A DNA stretch of 60,566 nucleotides, counting the filler. It is 4 parts of 4 records of this genome, joined end to end, with 100 filler letters (N's around TTAATTAATTAA, not from the genome) between each part and the next. Parts side by side here need not be neighbours in the genome. Positions count along the whole stretch, not along the records: positions 1 to 20,296 come from SRR20825019_2001; 3 more parts are not named here. The stretch is one strand, 5' to 3'. Each line of letters opens with the position of its first letter. Position 1 is the first letter of the stretch. Below, one piece after another: positions 1-10,401 of the stretch. Under the pieces are notes generated by a model. That model searched no databases. It saw only the letters and a list, made by a program, of their open reading frames with translations, and was not told where the DNA came from. Made by a program: the position numbers and the translations under genes.

Positions 1-942
1 ACCCTGCCGATGTTCCATTGCAACGGCTGGACCTATACGTGGGGGGTAACGGCGGTCGGCGGCACGCATGTCTGCCTGCGCAAGGTCGATCCGGCGCTGA
101 TTTTCGAGCAGATCGCCGAGCATGGTGTCAGTCATATGTGCGCGGCGCCGATTGTGCTGACGATGCTAATTCACACCCCGGCGGAGCAGAAAAAAGCATT
201 TTCCCAACGCGTAAACATTGCCACCGGCGGCGCGGCTCCGCCAAGTGCAGTGATCTCCGCAATGGAGACGATGGGTTTTTCCGTTACCCACCTGTACGGC
301 CTGACCGAGACCTACGGCCCATCGACAATCTGCGCCTGGCCTCCTGAGTGGGATGAGCTTGAGTTGGACGCCAAGGCCCAGCGCATGGCCCGGCAAGGCG
401 TCTGGTATCCGACTTTGGAAGGCATGCGGGTGAGTAATCCCGATACCGGAGAGGCTGTACCGGCGGACGGGGAGACGATTGGCGAGCTCTGTCTGCGCGG
501 CAATACGGTGATGAAGGGCTATCTGAAGAACCCGGCAGCAACATCGGAAGCGTTGGGCGATGGCTGGTTCCGGACAGGCGATCTCGCGGTTCTGCATCCC
601 GATGGCTATGCCGAGGTCAAGGACCGCTCTAAGGACATCATCATTTCCGGCGGCGAGAATATCTCCTCCCTCGAGGTCGAGGAGGTGCTCTACAAACATC
701 CGAAAATCATGGAAGCCGCCGTGGTCGCGAAACCCGATGACAAGTGGGGTGAAACGCCTTGCGCCTTCGTCACGGCCGCACCGGGCGCGGGCGAGGTCGG
801 CTCGGAAGAGATCATGGCCTGGTGCCGTGAGCACATGGCGTCTTTCAAGACTCCGCGCACCATTATCTTCGGCGATCTGCCCAAGACCTCGACCGGCAAG
901 ATTCAGAAATTCGTACTCCGGGAGAGAGCGAAAAATATTTGA
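1..942 (+). CDS. Acyl-CoA synthetase / AMP-dependent ligase, 5'-truncated
   Basis: Frame open from base 1 (TLPMFHCNGW); ANL motifs YGLTETYG, WFRTGD, DRSKDIIISGGENISS, LPKTSTGKIQK. Confidence 0.93.
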   Translation, partial: TLPMFHCNGWTYTWGVTAVGGTHVCLRKVDPALIFEQIAEHGVSHMCAAPIVLTMLIHTPAEQKKAFSQRVNIATGGAAPPSAVISAMETMGFSVTHLYGLTETYGPSTICAWPPEWDELELDAKAQRMARQGVWYPTLEGMRVSNPDTGEAVPADGETIGELCLRGNTVMKGYLKNPAATSEALGDGWFRTGDLAVLHPDGYAEVKDRSKDIIISGGENISSLEVEEVLYKHPKIMEAAVVAKPDDKWGETPCAFVTAAPGAGEVGSEEIMAWCREHMASFKTPRTIIFGDLPKTSTGKIQKFVLRERAKNI

Positions 943-965
943 TTTCTGATGGTTGCGAGATTTTC

Positions 966-2051
966 TTAGATCTTGAGTTTCTGGATCACGTCCATGTCAG
1001 GCTCAAAGCCTATGCCAGGACGGTCCGGAACCTGCACCCTGCCGCCTGACGGAAGCGGGATATCCGGATCGAGATAGGCTTCGGGCTCAATATAGAGATG
1101 CTCGAACTGTTCACAGATCTCGCGCGCAGCCATGAGCTGGATCGTCGCCCAGTAGCCGGGGCCGAAATAGGGCGCGTGTGGCATTACCGACGCGCCATAT
1201 TCCTCGGCAACATCGCATACCCTGAGGAACTCGCTGATACCGCCGACCTTGGTCACACTTGGCTGCAGATACTTGATGCGGGGTGCCGTGCGGGCGAATT
1301 CCACCGAGGTGCAGGCATTTTCGCCGCTGGCAATGGCGACGCCATATTCCGCCTGGAGTGTTCCCAGGGTTTCAGCATCGTCCGGCGGGAACACTGGCTC
1401 TTCGACCCAATAGAGATCCAGGCGCCGCATATGCGGCATGATCTCGTGCGCCTGCTCCATCGACCAGTTGCAGTTCACATCCGTCGCAAGCTTGGTCTCC
1501 AGCCCGGCGCCCTGTCGTCCGGCCTTGATGGCATCGAGCGAGATTTCATGCAGTTTGACCGTTTTATATCCCTCAGCGACGACCTTGGCCGCGAAGGAGC
1601 GGACGAGATCGGGTTCCCCATACCGCACCAAACTGGCATATGCGGGCAAGGTGGTTCTCGGCCGCATCGCCAGTAATTTGGCCAGTGACGCTCTCTCGCG
1701 CTTTGCCTCAATATCCCAAAGGGCGATATCGACGGCGGATATGGCGAACATGGTGATGCCGTATCGGCCATGCAGATGGAGACGCAGCTGCAGCTCCGAA
1801 TTCAGCGCGGCGATGTCTTCGATCTCCCGGCCGACGATCAGGGGAGCAACCATGTCCTCTATTGCCGCTGCTATTGCCCGGCGGCAGGAATAAGCGAACC
1901 CGTCGCCCCATCCGACAATGCCGTCCTCCGTCTCGATCCGGACAAGCACGATATCGAGTTTGTCCCATTTGGTCGGCATCAGGCCGGTCCCGGCGCTTCC
2001 ATCCTCGAATGGAATTTGCAGGGGAATGACGTCGACTGATTTGATTTTCAT
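966..2051 (-). CDS. Mandelate racemase/muconate lactonizing enzyme family (enolase superfamily)
   Basis: ETEDGIVGWG, AISAVDIALWD, metal ligands in DVN / EEP / GEN; KLH in place of KxK. Confidence 0.9.
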   Translation of the reverse strand: MKIKSVDVIPLQIPFEDGSAGTGLMPTKWDKLDIVLVRIETEDGIVGWGDGFAYSCRRAIAAAIEDMVAPLIVGREIEDIAALNSELQLRLHLHGRYGITMFAISAVDIALWDIEAKRERASLAKLLAMRPRTTLPAYASLVRYGEPDLVRSFAAKVVAEGYKTVKLHEISLDAIKAGRQGAGLETKLATDVNCNWSMEQAHEIMPHMRRLDLYWVEEPVFPPDDAETLGTLQAEYGVAIASGENACTSVEFARTAPRIKYLQPSVTKVGGISEFLRVCDVAEEYGASVMPHAPYFGPGYWATIQLMAAREICEQFEHLYIEPEAYLDPDIPLPSGGRVQVPDRPGIGFEPDMDVIQKLKI

Positions 2052-2148
2052 TTTTGCTTTCCTCCCTGACGGCGCTTTCGTGCCGCCCCGGGGGAAAGTT
2101 TAACCGAACTCACGCGGAAGACGCGAACACGGAGAAACGGAATGCTCT

Positions 2149-3987
2149 TTACGGGAGTTTTTCAGCCTCTGCTTCGATGTCCAACCGGAAGACCTGGACA
2201 GCTCCGGTCCGGCCGCGCAATTCGAACAGGCCAACATCTGAGATATTTTCGGGATTTCCGGCGGATATCGCCGTTTCCGCAACGATAAGAACGCACACAT
2301 CCGCTTCCGGCGCGACCTGCTTGCCCAATTGCTCCAGCCGGTTCGCCACATTCACCGTATCACCGACGATCGTGTAATTCACCCGGTCCGGGGCACCGAT
2401 ATTGCCGACGATGGCAGTGCCTGTTGCAATCCCGATCCGGATATGGATGGGCTCCTCGCCCTGAGCAACACGCTTCCGGTTATCCTCCCGGATCAGGCTC
2501 GCTATGCGTCTCGCAGCCCGCAAGCAGGCGGCGGCGTGGTCCGGGCGTTTAGCCGGAGCGCCCCAGAAGGCCATCACACTGTCGCCGGCATATTTGTCGA
2601 TATTGCCGCCTTCTGCGCCGATTGCCTGGTTCATCAGCGTGAAATGGGCGTTGAGCAGGTCGACGACGTCATCGGGCGGGTATTTCTGCGAGATCCCGGT
2701 GAAGCCGACGATGTCGGAAAACAGGACCGTTACCTCCCGCTCAACGGACGGTACGCCATGACTGCCGCGCTCCTGGAGAATTTCCATGACGAGAGAACGC
2801 GGAACATAGACCCGGAACTGCGCCAGCCCGGCGATCATTGCATTGAAGGCGTCGGCCGCATCATTGAACTCACGGACGGGGTTGCCGCGGATTTCGGGCA
2901 CGGTTTCCAGATCGAGTTTTGCTATGGCGTTCGACGCAGAAGCCAGCTCCGTGACCGGGAGCCTGATTCGTTCGGCGAGCTGCCTGAGCCGGAGCATAGC
3001 CAGGCCCATAACAATCAGCCCTGCAATGGCGCCATAGGTCAAATAGCGCATCATGTCGTTGTAGCTGCTTACGGACTGATCCGTATAAATACCGACCGTG
3101 TACCGGTTGCCGCGGGCAAAGGAGACTTTCCGGGCGAGGGCGACATAGCTCGTACCGCCAACATTCGCGGTCCAGTATTCGGTGCCACTGTCCTTGTCCA
3201 GTGTGCCCGCGCTCCGCTTTTTCGGATCAAGCAGGGCGGCCAGCACCGGATCGCCGAGTTCCGTAGCGTTGAGCAGGGGTTTGTCCTTGGACATCAGGGC
3301 CTGCATGCTGGGAGCGGTCAAAATCGGGTGGGCGAGCAAACGGTCCTTTTCGTCCAGCACAAATACGGATGCGTTCGTGACGTGGGAATCCCGAAGAAAG
3401 ACGGAAATATCGAGCGGGGAAAAGGCGGCGGCCGCAACACCGACATAGTTTCCTTCTTTGTCGTAGATCGGGCTGCGCGCGCTTATCAAGGTCAGTTTGG
3501 CACCTTCCGAATAAACCGCGCCTGCCAGGTAAGGCTCGCCGATATGGCGTGCATCCTGAACGGCCTGTTCCTCGACTGAGCCGGGCATGATGGCGCGCGA
3601 GCCGGTGCTTCCATCTGTTGCGATCCATTCCACCGGCCCGTCCTGCCAGATGAACGCGAGCGCCCGGATGTTCGGGTGCAGATGCATCGCGGTCCGCGCC
3701 ATATCCTGAGCGACCATGTTAATAGGAGCGCCCGCCGGCATGGCTTTTTGACCGACAAATTCTGCTGCTTTCAGGGCTGGCTGAATATGCGCGGTCATGG
3801 TCTGCGTGATTGAATTGATGGAGGCGTTGGCGTTCTCCCTGAGAACCACAAGCCCGCCCTGATTTCCGAAATACAGCGTCACCGCCAGCACCGCTCCGAG
3901 GGCAATGAGGAACAATCCGCCAATATCCCGCAGCAACAGGGTACGGATCGTGATTTTGCGGCCGGAAATCATCAGCTTGTCCGGCAT
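2149..3987 (-). CDS. Membrane-bound class III adenylate cyclase (periplasmic Cache-like region, HAMP, cyclase)
   Basis: Two hydrophobic segments, HAMP-like EFNDAADAFNAM, LFSDIVGFT, DKYAGDSVMAFWG, GDTVNVANRLE. Confidence 0.9.
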   Translation of the reverse strand: MPDKLMISGRKITIRTLLLRDIGGLFLIALGAVLAVTLYFGNQGGLVVLRENANASINSITQTMTAHIQPALKAAEFVGQKAMPAGAPINMVAQDMARTAMHLHPNIRALAFIWQDGPVEWIATDGSTGSRAIMPGSVEEQAVQDARHIGEPYLAGAVYSEGAKLTLISARSPIYDKEGNYVGVAAAAFSPLDISVFLRDSHVTNASVFVLDEKDRLLAHPILTAPSMQALMSKDKPLLNATELGDPVLAALLDPKKRSAGTLDKDSGTEYWTANVGGTSYVALARKVSFARGNRYTVGIYTDQSVSSYNDMMRYLTYGAIAGLIVMGLAMLRLRQLAERIRLPVTELASASNAIAKLDLETVPEIRGNPVREFNDAADAFNAMIAGLAQFRVYVPRSLVMEILQERGSHGVPSVEREVTVLFSDIVGFTGISQKYPPDDVVDLLNAHFTLMNQAIGAEGGNIDKYAGDSVMAFWGAPAKRPDHAAACLRAARRIASLIREDNRKRVAQGEEPIHIRIGIATGTAIVGNIGAPDRVNYTIVGDTVNVANRLEQLGKQVAPEADVCVLIVAETAISAGNPENISDVGLFELRGRTGAVQVFRLDIEAEAEKLP

Positions 3988-4982
3988 GGAAATCCAAACG
4001 TGTTCCGATAACTGACGGATTGCTCCTGACTCTCGGCTTCAAAGACCCCACGCGCAATGGCGCGGGCAAGGCAATCCGCAGCATGGGCGCCGAGTGTCGC
4101 AAGATCGCGCACCGGATCTTTGAGAGGCATCATGCCTGTGGAAACACCGAAAACCACATCTCCGTCAAACGGCGTATTCGCGGGCCGTATAGCGCGGGCC
4201 AATCCCTGATGCGCCATGATGGCGAATTGCTTGCACTGGGACTTTGTCAGGACAGCATCGGTCGCCACGATAGCGATCGTGGTGTTTTCCCCTGGGCCGG
4301 AGAGCTTCGGCATGCGCACGGCGCTGCCCCGGTCTTCGGCAACCGGCAGAAGGCCGCCGAACTCTTCGTCAATTTCGGAATCCCACGCAAAGAAGGCACC
4401 GGATACGGGATGCGTGACCGCACCGACTGCGTTGACAGCAACCAGCGCGCCGACCGTCGGACCGCCCTTGGAAACCTGCATGGAGGCGCTGCCGAGCCCG
4501 CCCTTGTATCCGCCTGCATTCGCGCCAAACCCGGCACCGGCATTGCCGAGCGCGAATGCGTCCGATGCATCTTCAAAGGCCGTGCGGCCAAGTGCGGGGT
4601 AGGGGGATTCGGTGCCCCAATCCTTGTCGCCGCCATTATTCAGATCGAACAGGATCGCGGCCGGGACGATGGGAACAATCGAGGCACCTGCACGATATCC
4701 GATTCCCTTTTCCCGAAGTGCCGCCATAACGCCGCCTGCGGTATCAAGACCAAAGGCGGAGCCGCCGCTCAGCACGATGGCGTTCACGCTCTGCACGGTT
4801 GCTTCGGGGCGCAACAGGTCGAACTCGCGCGATCCTGTTCCGCCGCCGCGCGAATCAACCGCGGCCACCATTTCGCCGTCCGGTATCAGCACGGTGACAC
4901 CGCTCCGCAAGCGCTCGTCATGGGCATTACCCACCCGAAGACCCGGAACATCGGTGATGAGGTTATGTTTCCCCGGCTGCAC
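3972..4982 (-). CDS. P1/S58 family peptidase (DmpA-like aminopeptidase)
   Basis: NLITDVPGLRVG, LSGGSAFGL, ENTTIAIVATDA, TPFDGDVVF; GTG start. Confidence 0.9.
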   Translation of the reverse strand: MQPGKHNLITDVPGLRVGNAHDERLRSGVTVLIPDGEMVAAVDSRGGGTGSREFDLLRPEATVQSVNAIVLSGGSAFGLDTAGGVMAALREKGIGYRAGASIVPIVPAAILFDLNNGGDKDWGTESPYPALGRTAFEDASDAFALGNAGAGFGANAGGYKGGLGSASMQVSKGGPTVGALVAVNAVGAVTHPVSGAFFAWDSEIDEEFGGLLPVAEDRGSAVRMPKLSGPGENTTIAIVATDAVLTKSQCKQFAIMAHQGLARAIRPANTPFDGDVVFGVSTGMMPLKDPVRDLATLGAHAADCLARAIARGVFEAESQEQSVSYRNTFGFPCRTS

Positions 4983-5088
4983 TTTTCCAAGGCCTCCTGT
5001 TTCCGCATGGCCGCCGGTCAGGATCCGCTATTGGACTGACCGGCCAAAGTCTTTATATACAACGGCGTTCCCCAATAAGGACGATTAG

Positions 5089-6678
5089 ATGAGTTCCCTT
5101 GACGAGGCTGTGGGGCGCCGGCGCACTTTCGCGATCATCGCGCACCCGGATGCCGGTAAGACCACTTTGACCGAGAAGCTGCTCCTGTTCGGGGGCGCGA
5201 TCCAGATGGCCGGTGCCGTTAAGGCGCGCGGACAGCAAAGACGTGCGCATTCCGACTGGATGAAAGTCGAGCGCGAACGCGGCATTTCCGTGGCGTCGTC
5301 GGTGATGACCTTCGATTACGGGGACAACACCTTCAACCTGCTCGACACGCCAGGCCATGAAGACTTCTCCGAAGATACCTATCGAACTCTGACGGCGGTC
5401 GACAGCGCCATCATGGTGATCGACGGCGCGAAAGGTATCGAGGAGCAGACCCTCAAACTGTTCGAGGTTTGCCGTCTGCGCGACGTGCCGATCATTACCT
5501 TCGTCAACAAGATGGACCGCGAGGCGCGGGACAGCTTCGAGCTGCTTGACGAAATCGAGCAGAAACTGGCTCTCGATGTAACGCCGGCAAGCTGGCCGAT
5601 CGGCATGGGGAAGGCCTTCAAGGGCTGTTACGACCTTCTCAGAGACAAGCTGATTCTGATGGATCGCGGCAGTCATGACGCTCCGGATCAGGGCCTGACC
5701 TGCAATGGGCTGGATGATCCGAAACTGGACGAATTGCTGCCTGCTTCCGCCGCGAAGCAACTCCGCGAGGAAGTTGAGATGGCGCGCGGATTGTGCCCGG
5801 ACTTCGATCCGGAAGCATTTCTCGGCGGTAGCATGACGCCGGTCTATTTCGGCAGTGCGGTGAATAATTTCGGTGTGCGGGAGCTGCTCGGTGGCGTTGC
5901 GCGCTACGCGCCTCAGCCGCGTCCGCAAACGACGAAATCCCGTGACGTGATGCCGGCGGAGAAAAAGGTTTCGGCCTTCGTTTTCAAAATCCAGGCGAAC
6001 ATGGATCCGAAGCACCGGGACCGCATTGCCTTCGCCCGGATCTGCTCCGGCCATTTCAAGCGTGGCGACAAGCTGAAGCATGTCCGCAGCGGCAAGCTTA
6101 TGAACATCCACAACCCGGTGATGTTCCTGGCCCAGGACCGTGAAATCGCGGACGAAGCCTGGCCGGGCGACATCATAGGTATTCCGAACCACGGCAACCT
6201 GCGGATCGGCGATGCGTTGACCGAGGGCGAGGATCTTCAGTTCAACGGCATTCCGAGTTTCGCGCCTGAACTGCTGCAACGGGTTCGGCCGACGGATCCG
6301 CTACGGGCCAAGCACCTTGAGAAGGCCGTGGTTCAACTGGCGGAAGAGGGCGCTGCGAAGGCCTTCAAGACCCGGATTGGCGGTAGCTGGATTGTCGGTG
6401 TGGTCGGCGCGCTGCAATTCGAGGTTTTGGCTGACCGGATTCGCACCGAGTATGACGTGCCGGTGAGTTTCGAGACGGCTGGTCTGCATACGGCCCGCTG
6501 GCTGGAAGCCGAAGACCCGGCGGAGCTGAAGAAATTCATCGAAGCCAATCAGGGCGATCTTGGCGATGATCATGACAGCATGCCGGTCTTCATGGCCCGC
6601 AATGGCTGGCATCTGCAGCACACGGCCGAGAACTGGCCGAAGATCAAGTTCCTGAAAGTGAAGGAGCAGATGGCCTAA
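5089..6678 (+). CDS. prfC: Peptide chain release factor 3
   Basis: RRRTFAIIAHPDAGKTTLTEKLLL, DTPGHEDFSEDTYRTL, NKMD, FKIQANMDPKHRDRIAF. Confidence 0.98.
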   Translation: MSSLDEAVGRRRTFAIIAHPDAGKTTLTEKLLLFGGAIQMAGAVKARGQQRRAHSDWMKVERERGISVASSVMTFDYGDNTFNLLDTPGHEDFSEDTYRTLTAVDSAIMVIDGAKGIEEQTLKLFEVCRLRDVPIITFVNKMDREARDSFELLDEIEQKLALDVTPASWPIGMGKAFKGCYDLLRDKLILMDRGSHDAPDQGLTCNGLDDPKLDELLPASAAKQLREEVEMARGLCPDFDPEAFLGGSMTPVYFGSAVNNFGVRELLGGVARYAPQPRPQTTKSRDVMPAEKKVSAFVFKIQANMDPKHRDRIAFARICSGHFKRGDKLKHVRSGKLMNIHNPVMFLAQDREIADEAWPGDIIGIPNHGNLRIGDALTEGEDLQFNGIPSFAPELLQRVRPTDPLRAKHLEKAVVQLAEEGAAKAFKTRIGGSWIVGVVGALQFEVLADRIRTEYDVPVSFETAGLHTARWLEAEDPAELKKFIEANQGDLGDDHDSMPVFMARNGWHLQHTAENWPKIKFLKVKEQMA

Positions 6679-6734
6679 GGGCCTCTGCTCCCTTTATCTT
6701 ACCGGTGGAAATACCTTTTCTTGCGCGGTCTGGC

Positions 6735-8036
6735 TCAGTTTGAGCGCCAGGCCTGCCAGCGGTCCTGCATCTGAAAGCCCCAATAGGCGCACTGGGCAAT
6801 CAACGGGCCAAGCGGCCCTCCGGCGAAATCGAGACCGAAAGGCGCAAACAGCTTGTAAGTCTCGTCTCCGTCGGCAATCGCTTTCGCCACGACCTCGCCG
6901 CCGGCCGTGGTGGCGCACATGCCGTGCCCGCCATATCCCTGATTGTACCAGACGCCCGGCTGCAACTGGCCTATCTGGGGCATCTTGTGCACGGAATATC
7001 CCATGGTTCCGGGCCAGGCGACTTCGGCCCGGATACCTTCGAGTTGAGGATAGATCTTCAATATATCGCCAATCATCTTCTGGCCGAGATTGCGTGGCGA
7101 CAGGTTGGAGCTGACCCGGCCGCCCCAAAGCAGCCGGGTGTCGGGCAGGGGCCGGTAGTAATCGTTCGCGATCCGGCTGTCCGATGTTCCGTAAGGTGCC
7201 CTGATCGCCTCGTGCAGGCGGTCGCCAAGCGGCTCGGTCAAAACCACGTAAGTGCCGACCGGCAAGGTCGCGCGTGAGAGTTTGGGATGCAGCTGACCGA
7301 TATAGCCCGAACAGCAGATCACAACCTGATCGGCGGTCACACTGCCTGACGCCGTGTCGATTCGCTTTTTGTCACCACTGAGATCCATGTGAGTAACGGG
7401 GCTCTCCTCGAAGATCGCTGCCCCGAGAGAGATGGCCGCATCGGCAATCCCATTGGTGAAGTTCAGGGAGTGAAACTGGAACGCCATCGGATCCAGGAGA
7501 CCCTCATGATATCTGTCCGTGCGATAGAGCTCCCGCATCTCCTCACGGCTCTTGAATTCAAGCCCGAGACCGAATCTCTCATTCTTCATGTTCGCGCTGG
7601 CTTTCAGGCCATCGGCATTTCTGTACCAGGACGCCTTCATGATGCCGTCGCGCATGGGGCCGGCATCAATGCCATAGCGCTCAATCCTTGAACGAATGAG
7701 GGTGAGCGCATCGAGAGTAAGACGCATCAGTGCGTCGGCATCCTCCCTGCCAACCGCGGCTTCAATACCGTCCAGTCCAAGGCTGTATCCTGCGCTGACA
7801 AAACCGCCATTGCGCCCGGAAGCGCCCCAGCCGACTCGCCGGGCCTCCAGAACAACAACCTTCTTGCCCCGCTCGGCCAGTCCGAGCGCCGTCGCAAGCC
7901 CCGCCATGCCGCCGCCGACAACACAGACATCGCAATCGACATCGTGTGAGAGCGCGGGGCGCGAAGCAGGGGCCTTCACAGTCCTGCCATAATAACTGTC
8001 TACGTAACGTGTGCCCTCGGGCTCAAGGTCGGTCAT
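6735..8036 (-). CDS. FAD-dependent oxidoreductase, PuuB/DadA-like
   Basis: SYY N-terminus, VVGGGMAG, GWGASGRNGG, GYGGHG; start placed at ATG 8036 behind a GGAG. Confidence 0.87.
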   Translation of the reverse strand: MTDLEPEGTRYVDSYYGRTVKAPASRPALSHDVDCDVCVVGGGMAGLATALGLAERGKKVVVLEARRVGWGASGRNGGFVSAGYSLGLDGIEAAVGREDADALMRLTLDALTLIRSRIERYGIDAGPMRDGIMKASWYRNADGLKASANMKNERFGLGLEFKSREEMRELYRTDRYHEGLLDPMAFQFHSLNFTNGIADAAISLGAAIFEESPVTHMDLSGDKKRIDTASGSVTADQVVICCSGYIGQLHPKLSRATLPVGTYVVLTEPLGDRLHEAIRAPYGTSDSRIANDYYRPLPDTRLLWGGRVSSNLSPRNLGQKMIGDILKIYPQLEGIRAEVAWPGTMGYSVHKMPQIGQLQPGVWYNQGYGGHGMCATTAGGEVVAKAIADGDETYKLFAPFGLDFAGGPLGPLIAQCAYWGFQMQDRWQAWRSN

Positions 8037-8430
8037 TTCCGCTCCACTTTCCGTCGGTGATTTCAACGATGGTCACGTAATCGCCAACCACGCATCGCCC
8101 GCTCTTTCGTCGGTCCTGCTTTTTATAACCGCGGAGTATCAGCGCCGGTCAATCGCTCTTCGGTTCGAGCTTTGCCATCAAGTTTTTGCCTTCGGCTTCT
8201 GAAAAATTTGAGGGCCATAACGAACAGCTTCAGATGGATCTGATTTTTTCCTCGAATTTCTTTTTAATTTTTAGAAGGAAATCAGGGCATTAGCAGCGCA
8301 AAACCACCGCATACATTGTTCTGACAGTCATTCGGAACGTCATTTATCGATTATGCTTTACAATTAGAAACCATTTTGATGGAATGGTATCAGTTTGAAA
8401 GCAACTGCTCATGCAATGCGGAGACAAACC

Positions 8431-8958
8431 ATGACCGTACAAACACTTCGACGCTCTGCTCTGAAGATCGATACGGCTGATATCGGCATCGGCGCATCCG
8501 CCGAAACCGTACGGTCGGGCTACCTGGAACTGACCGCGATGCTCGACCGGCTGCATCGCCGGTATCTCGATGTGGTTCGGGTTGAACTCGAATCCATGGG
8601 AATCAACAACATCAACCCCTCCCAGGCGCTGATGCTTGTCGGTATCGGGGACGAAGACATTCCCGTCCGGGATCTCATCCATCGCAAGGGCTATCAGGCC
8701 TCGACCGTTTCCTACAACGTCAAGAAACTGTCCGAGTATGGTTACCTGGAGCAGGAGCGTGCGGCACATGATCGCCGTTCGGTGCGCCTGCGCTTGTCTC
8801 CGAAGGGCCGGGATATCGTCTCCCGCCTCCGGGATCTGGAAGCGCGTCACATGGAATTCACCAACGGCCGTAGTGAACTGGTGCGCGGTATGGAAGATGC
8901 GAACGTCACCCTGCGCCAGCTCGACCAGATCTGGGCCGAATACATTACCTTCGGATAA
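8431..8958 (+). CDS. MarR-family regulator, LdtR-like
   Basis: RLHRRYLDVV, INPSQALML, VSYNVKKL, DRRSVRLRL resemble alphaproteobacterial LdtR; ATG 8431 behind GGAG. Confidence 0.8.
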   Translation: MTVQTLRRSALKIDTADIGIGASAETVRSGYLELTAMLDRLHRRYLDVVRVELESMGINNINPSQALMLVGIGDEDIPVRDLIHRKGYQASTVSYNVKKLSEYGYLEQERAAHDRRSVRLRLSPKGRDIVSRLRDLEARHMEFTNGRSELVRGMEDANVTLRQLDQIWAEYITFG

Positions 8959-8984
8959 TTCCCCCTACATCCGAAACACTGCCG

Positions 8985-9016
8985 AACGCGCCGCCTTCAA
9001 GCGGCGCGTTTAGTTT
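8985..9016 (+). terminator. Intrinsic terminator-like hairpin between convergent genes
   Basis: AACGCGCCGC-CTTCAA-GCGGCGCGTT followed by TAGTTT. Confidence 0.65.
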
Positions 9017-9032
9017 GTGAGGGGCAGTTAAA

Positions 9033-9722
9033 TCAGCCGATCGCCTTTCGCAGGGCCGCGCGTGCCAGCGTTCTGGTCGAATCCAGCGTCGGCAAGGTGC
9101 TGTTCTCATCACTGATAATCAGCGGAATCTCCGTGCAGCCGAGAAGAACCGAATCCGCGCCGCGTTCCTTCATGCGGTCGATCAACATCTGGAAATAGGA
9201 TATCGAGTCGGGAAGGATGCGGCCTGGAACCAGTTCATCCATGATGATCCGGGCAATCTCGGAAATCTCCTCCGGCTCAGGCCTGAGCCAGCCTATGCCG
9301 AGCGCTTCCAGTTTCTCCGGATAGACATTACTCTCCACCAGCCATTTCGTGCCAAGCAGAGCCACCTTGCGGAAATCCTGCTTGCTGGCAAGTGATGCGG
9401 TTTCTTCCGCTATATGCAGCCAGGGCAGGGGCGATCGGTCCGCGACATAAGTGAACGCCTGATGAATGGTATTATCCGGGCAGATCAGGAAATCGGCACC
9501 GGCACGCTCCAGCCTTCGCGCAGAATCGAGCATCAGCTCTCCGACACCGTTCAAATCACCTGCGTCAAGACAGCTGACATAGTCCGAGAGCGATGGCGTA
9601 TGCATCGAGATTTCAGGATGTTTGTGCGGGCCAAGCAGTGCCGCGCCATCAGCACAGATCGTTCTGTAGCAAAGCGCCGCGCCCTCGGCCGAGCAGCCGA
9701 CAATTCCTATATGTTTCATCAT
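9033..9722 (-). CDS. Aspartate/glutamate racemase family protein
   Basis: KHIGIVG, ICPDNTIH and LGCTEIPL two-cysteine motifs; start moved to MMKHIG. Confidence 0.88.
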   Translation of the reverse strand: MMKHIGIVGCSAEGAALCYRTICADGAALLGPHKHPEISMHTPSLSDYVSCLDAGDLNGVGELMLDSARRLERAGADFLICPDNTIHQAFTYVADRSPLPWLHIAEETASLASKQDFRKVALLGTKWLVESNVYPEKLEALGIGWLRPEPEEISEIARIIMDELVPGRILPDSISYFQMLIDRMKERGADSVLLGCTEIPLIISDENSTLPTLDSTRTLARAALRKAIG

Positions 9723-9736
9723 AGTATGCGAGTTGT

Positions 9737-10189
9737 CTAAAGTTCCCCGGTCACCACATAACGCAATACAGCAGCCACCTGCGCTGGTGTTTCTGCCACA
9801 GCCAGAGCCGCGCCATCGACTTCCTTCAGGGGATGCGTAAGAGACGGATCGTGCTGGATAATGAGTGGCTTTCCGAGGGCCGCGGCATATCCGGCATCGA
9901 AAGCTGCATTCCATTGCTTGTACTTGTCGCCGAACCGGACAACGACGATATCGGCGCGCTCGATCAGTGTGCGGGTGCGGATGGCATTAACCTTCGCGCC
10001 TTTGTGATCGGCCCAGAACGGTTTTTCCTCGCTGCCAAGAATGGACACACCGCAATCGTCACTGTTTTCATGAACGGTTACCGGTGCCGTGAAAACAACC
10101 GGCAAATCGGCCGCTTTTACGGCTTCTTCGATTTCCGCGCGCCAGTCAGTGTGAATTTCGCCGGACAAATAGACTTCAAGATCGGTCAT
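9737..10189 (-). CDS. YtoQ family protein
   Basis: VYLSGEIHTDWR, VVRFGDKYKQWNAAFDAGYAAALGKP. Confidence 0.85.
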   Translation of the reverse strand: MTDLEVYLSGEIHTDWRAEIEEAVKAADLPVVFTAPVTVHENSDDCGVSILGSEEKPFWADHKGAKVNAIRTRTLIERADIVVVRFGDKYKQWNAAFDAGYAAALGKPLIIQHDPSLTHPLKEVDGAALAVAETPAQVAAVLRYVVTGEL

Positions 10190-10401
10190 GGAACCCTCCT
10201 ACAGAACAGAGCGGACTTGATATCCTAGTTTTTATATTTTTCAGAGTCCGCAACCAAGCGGAGGTCATGTTCCGATTGAGCCTGGGTGATACATTATCGA
10301 TTCTTTATGGTAGCATTAGTTGAGCATTATTCTCGATTTACGAATTTTTATCTTTTCTATAGTCAGAGTGAGGTCTTCATATTGGCTGCGAATGGTTAAC
10401 A

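Noticed and set aside
5053..6279. Long antisense ORFs (this 408-aa one, also 2329-3579, 14343-15743, 15836-17020, 28674-29621, 53769-54848)
   Set aside because: Shadows of well-supported genes in GC-rich, codon-biased DNA; no recognisable motifs
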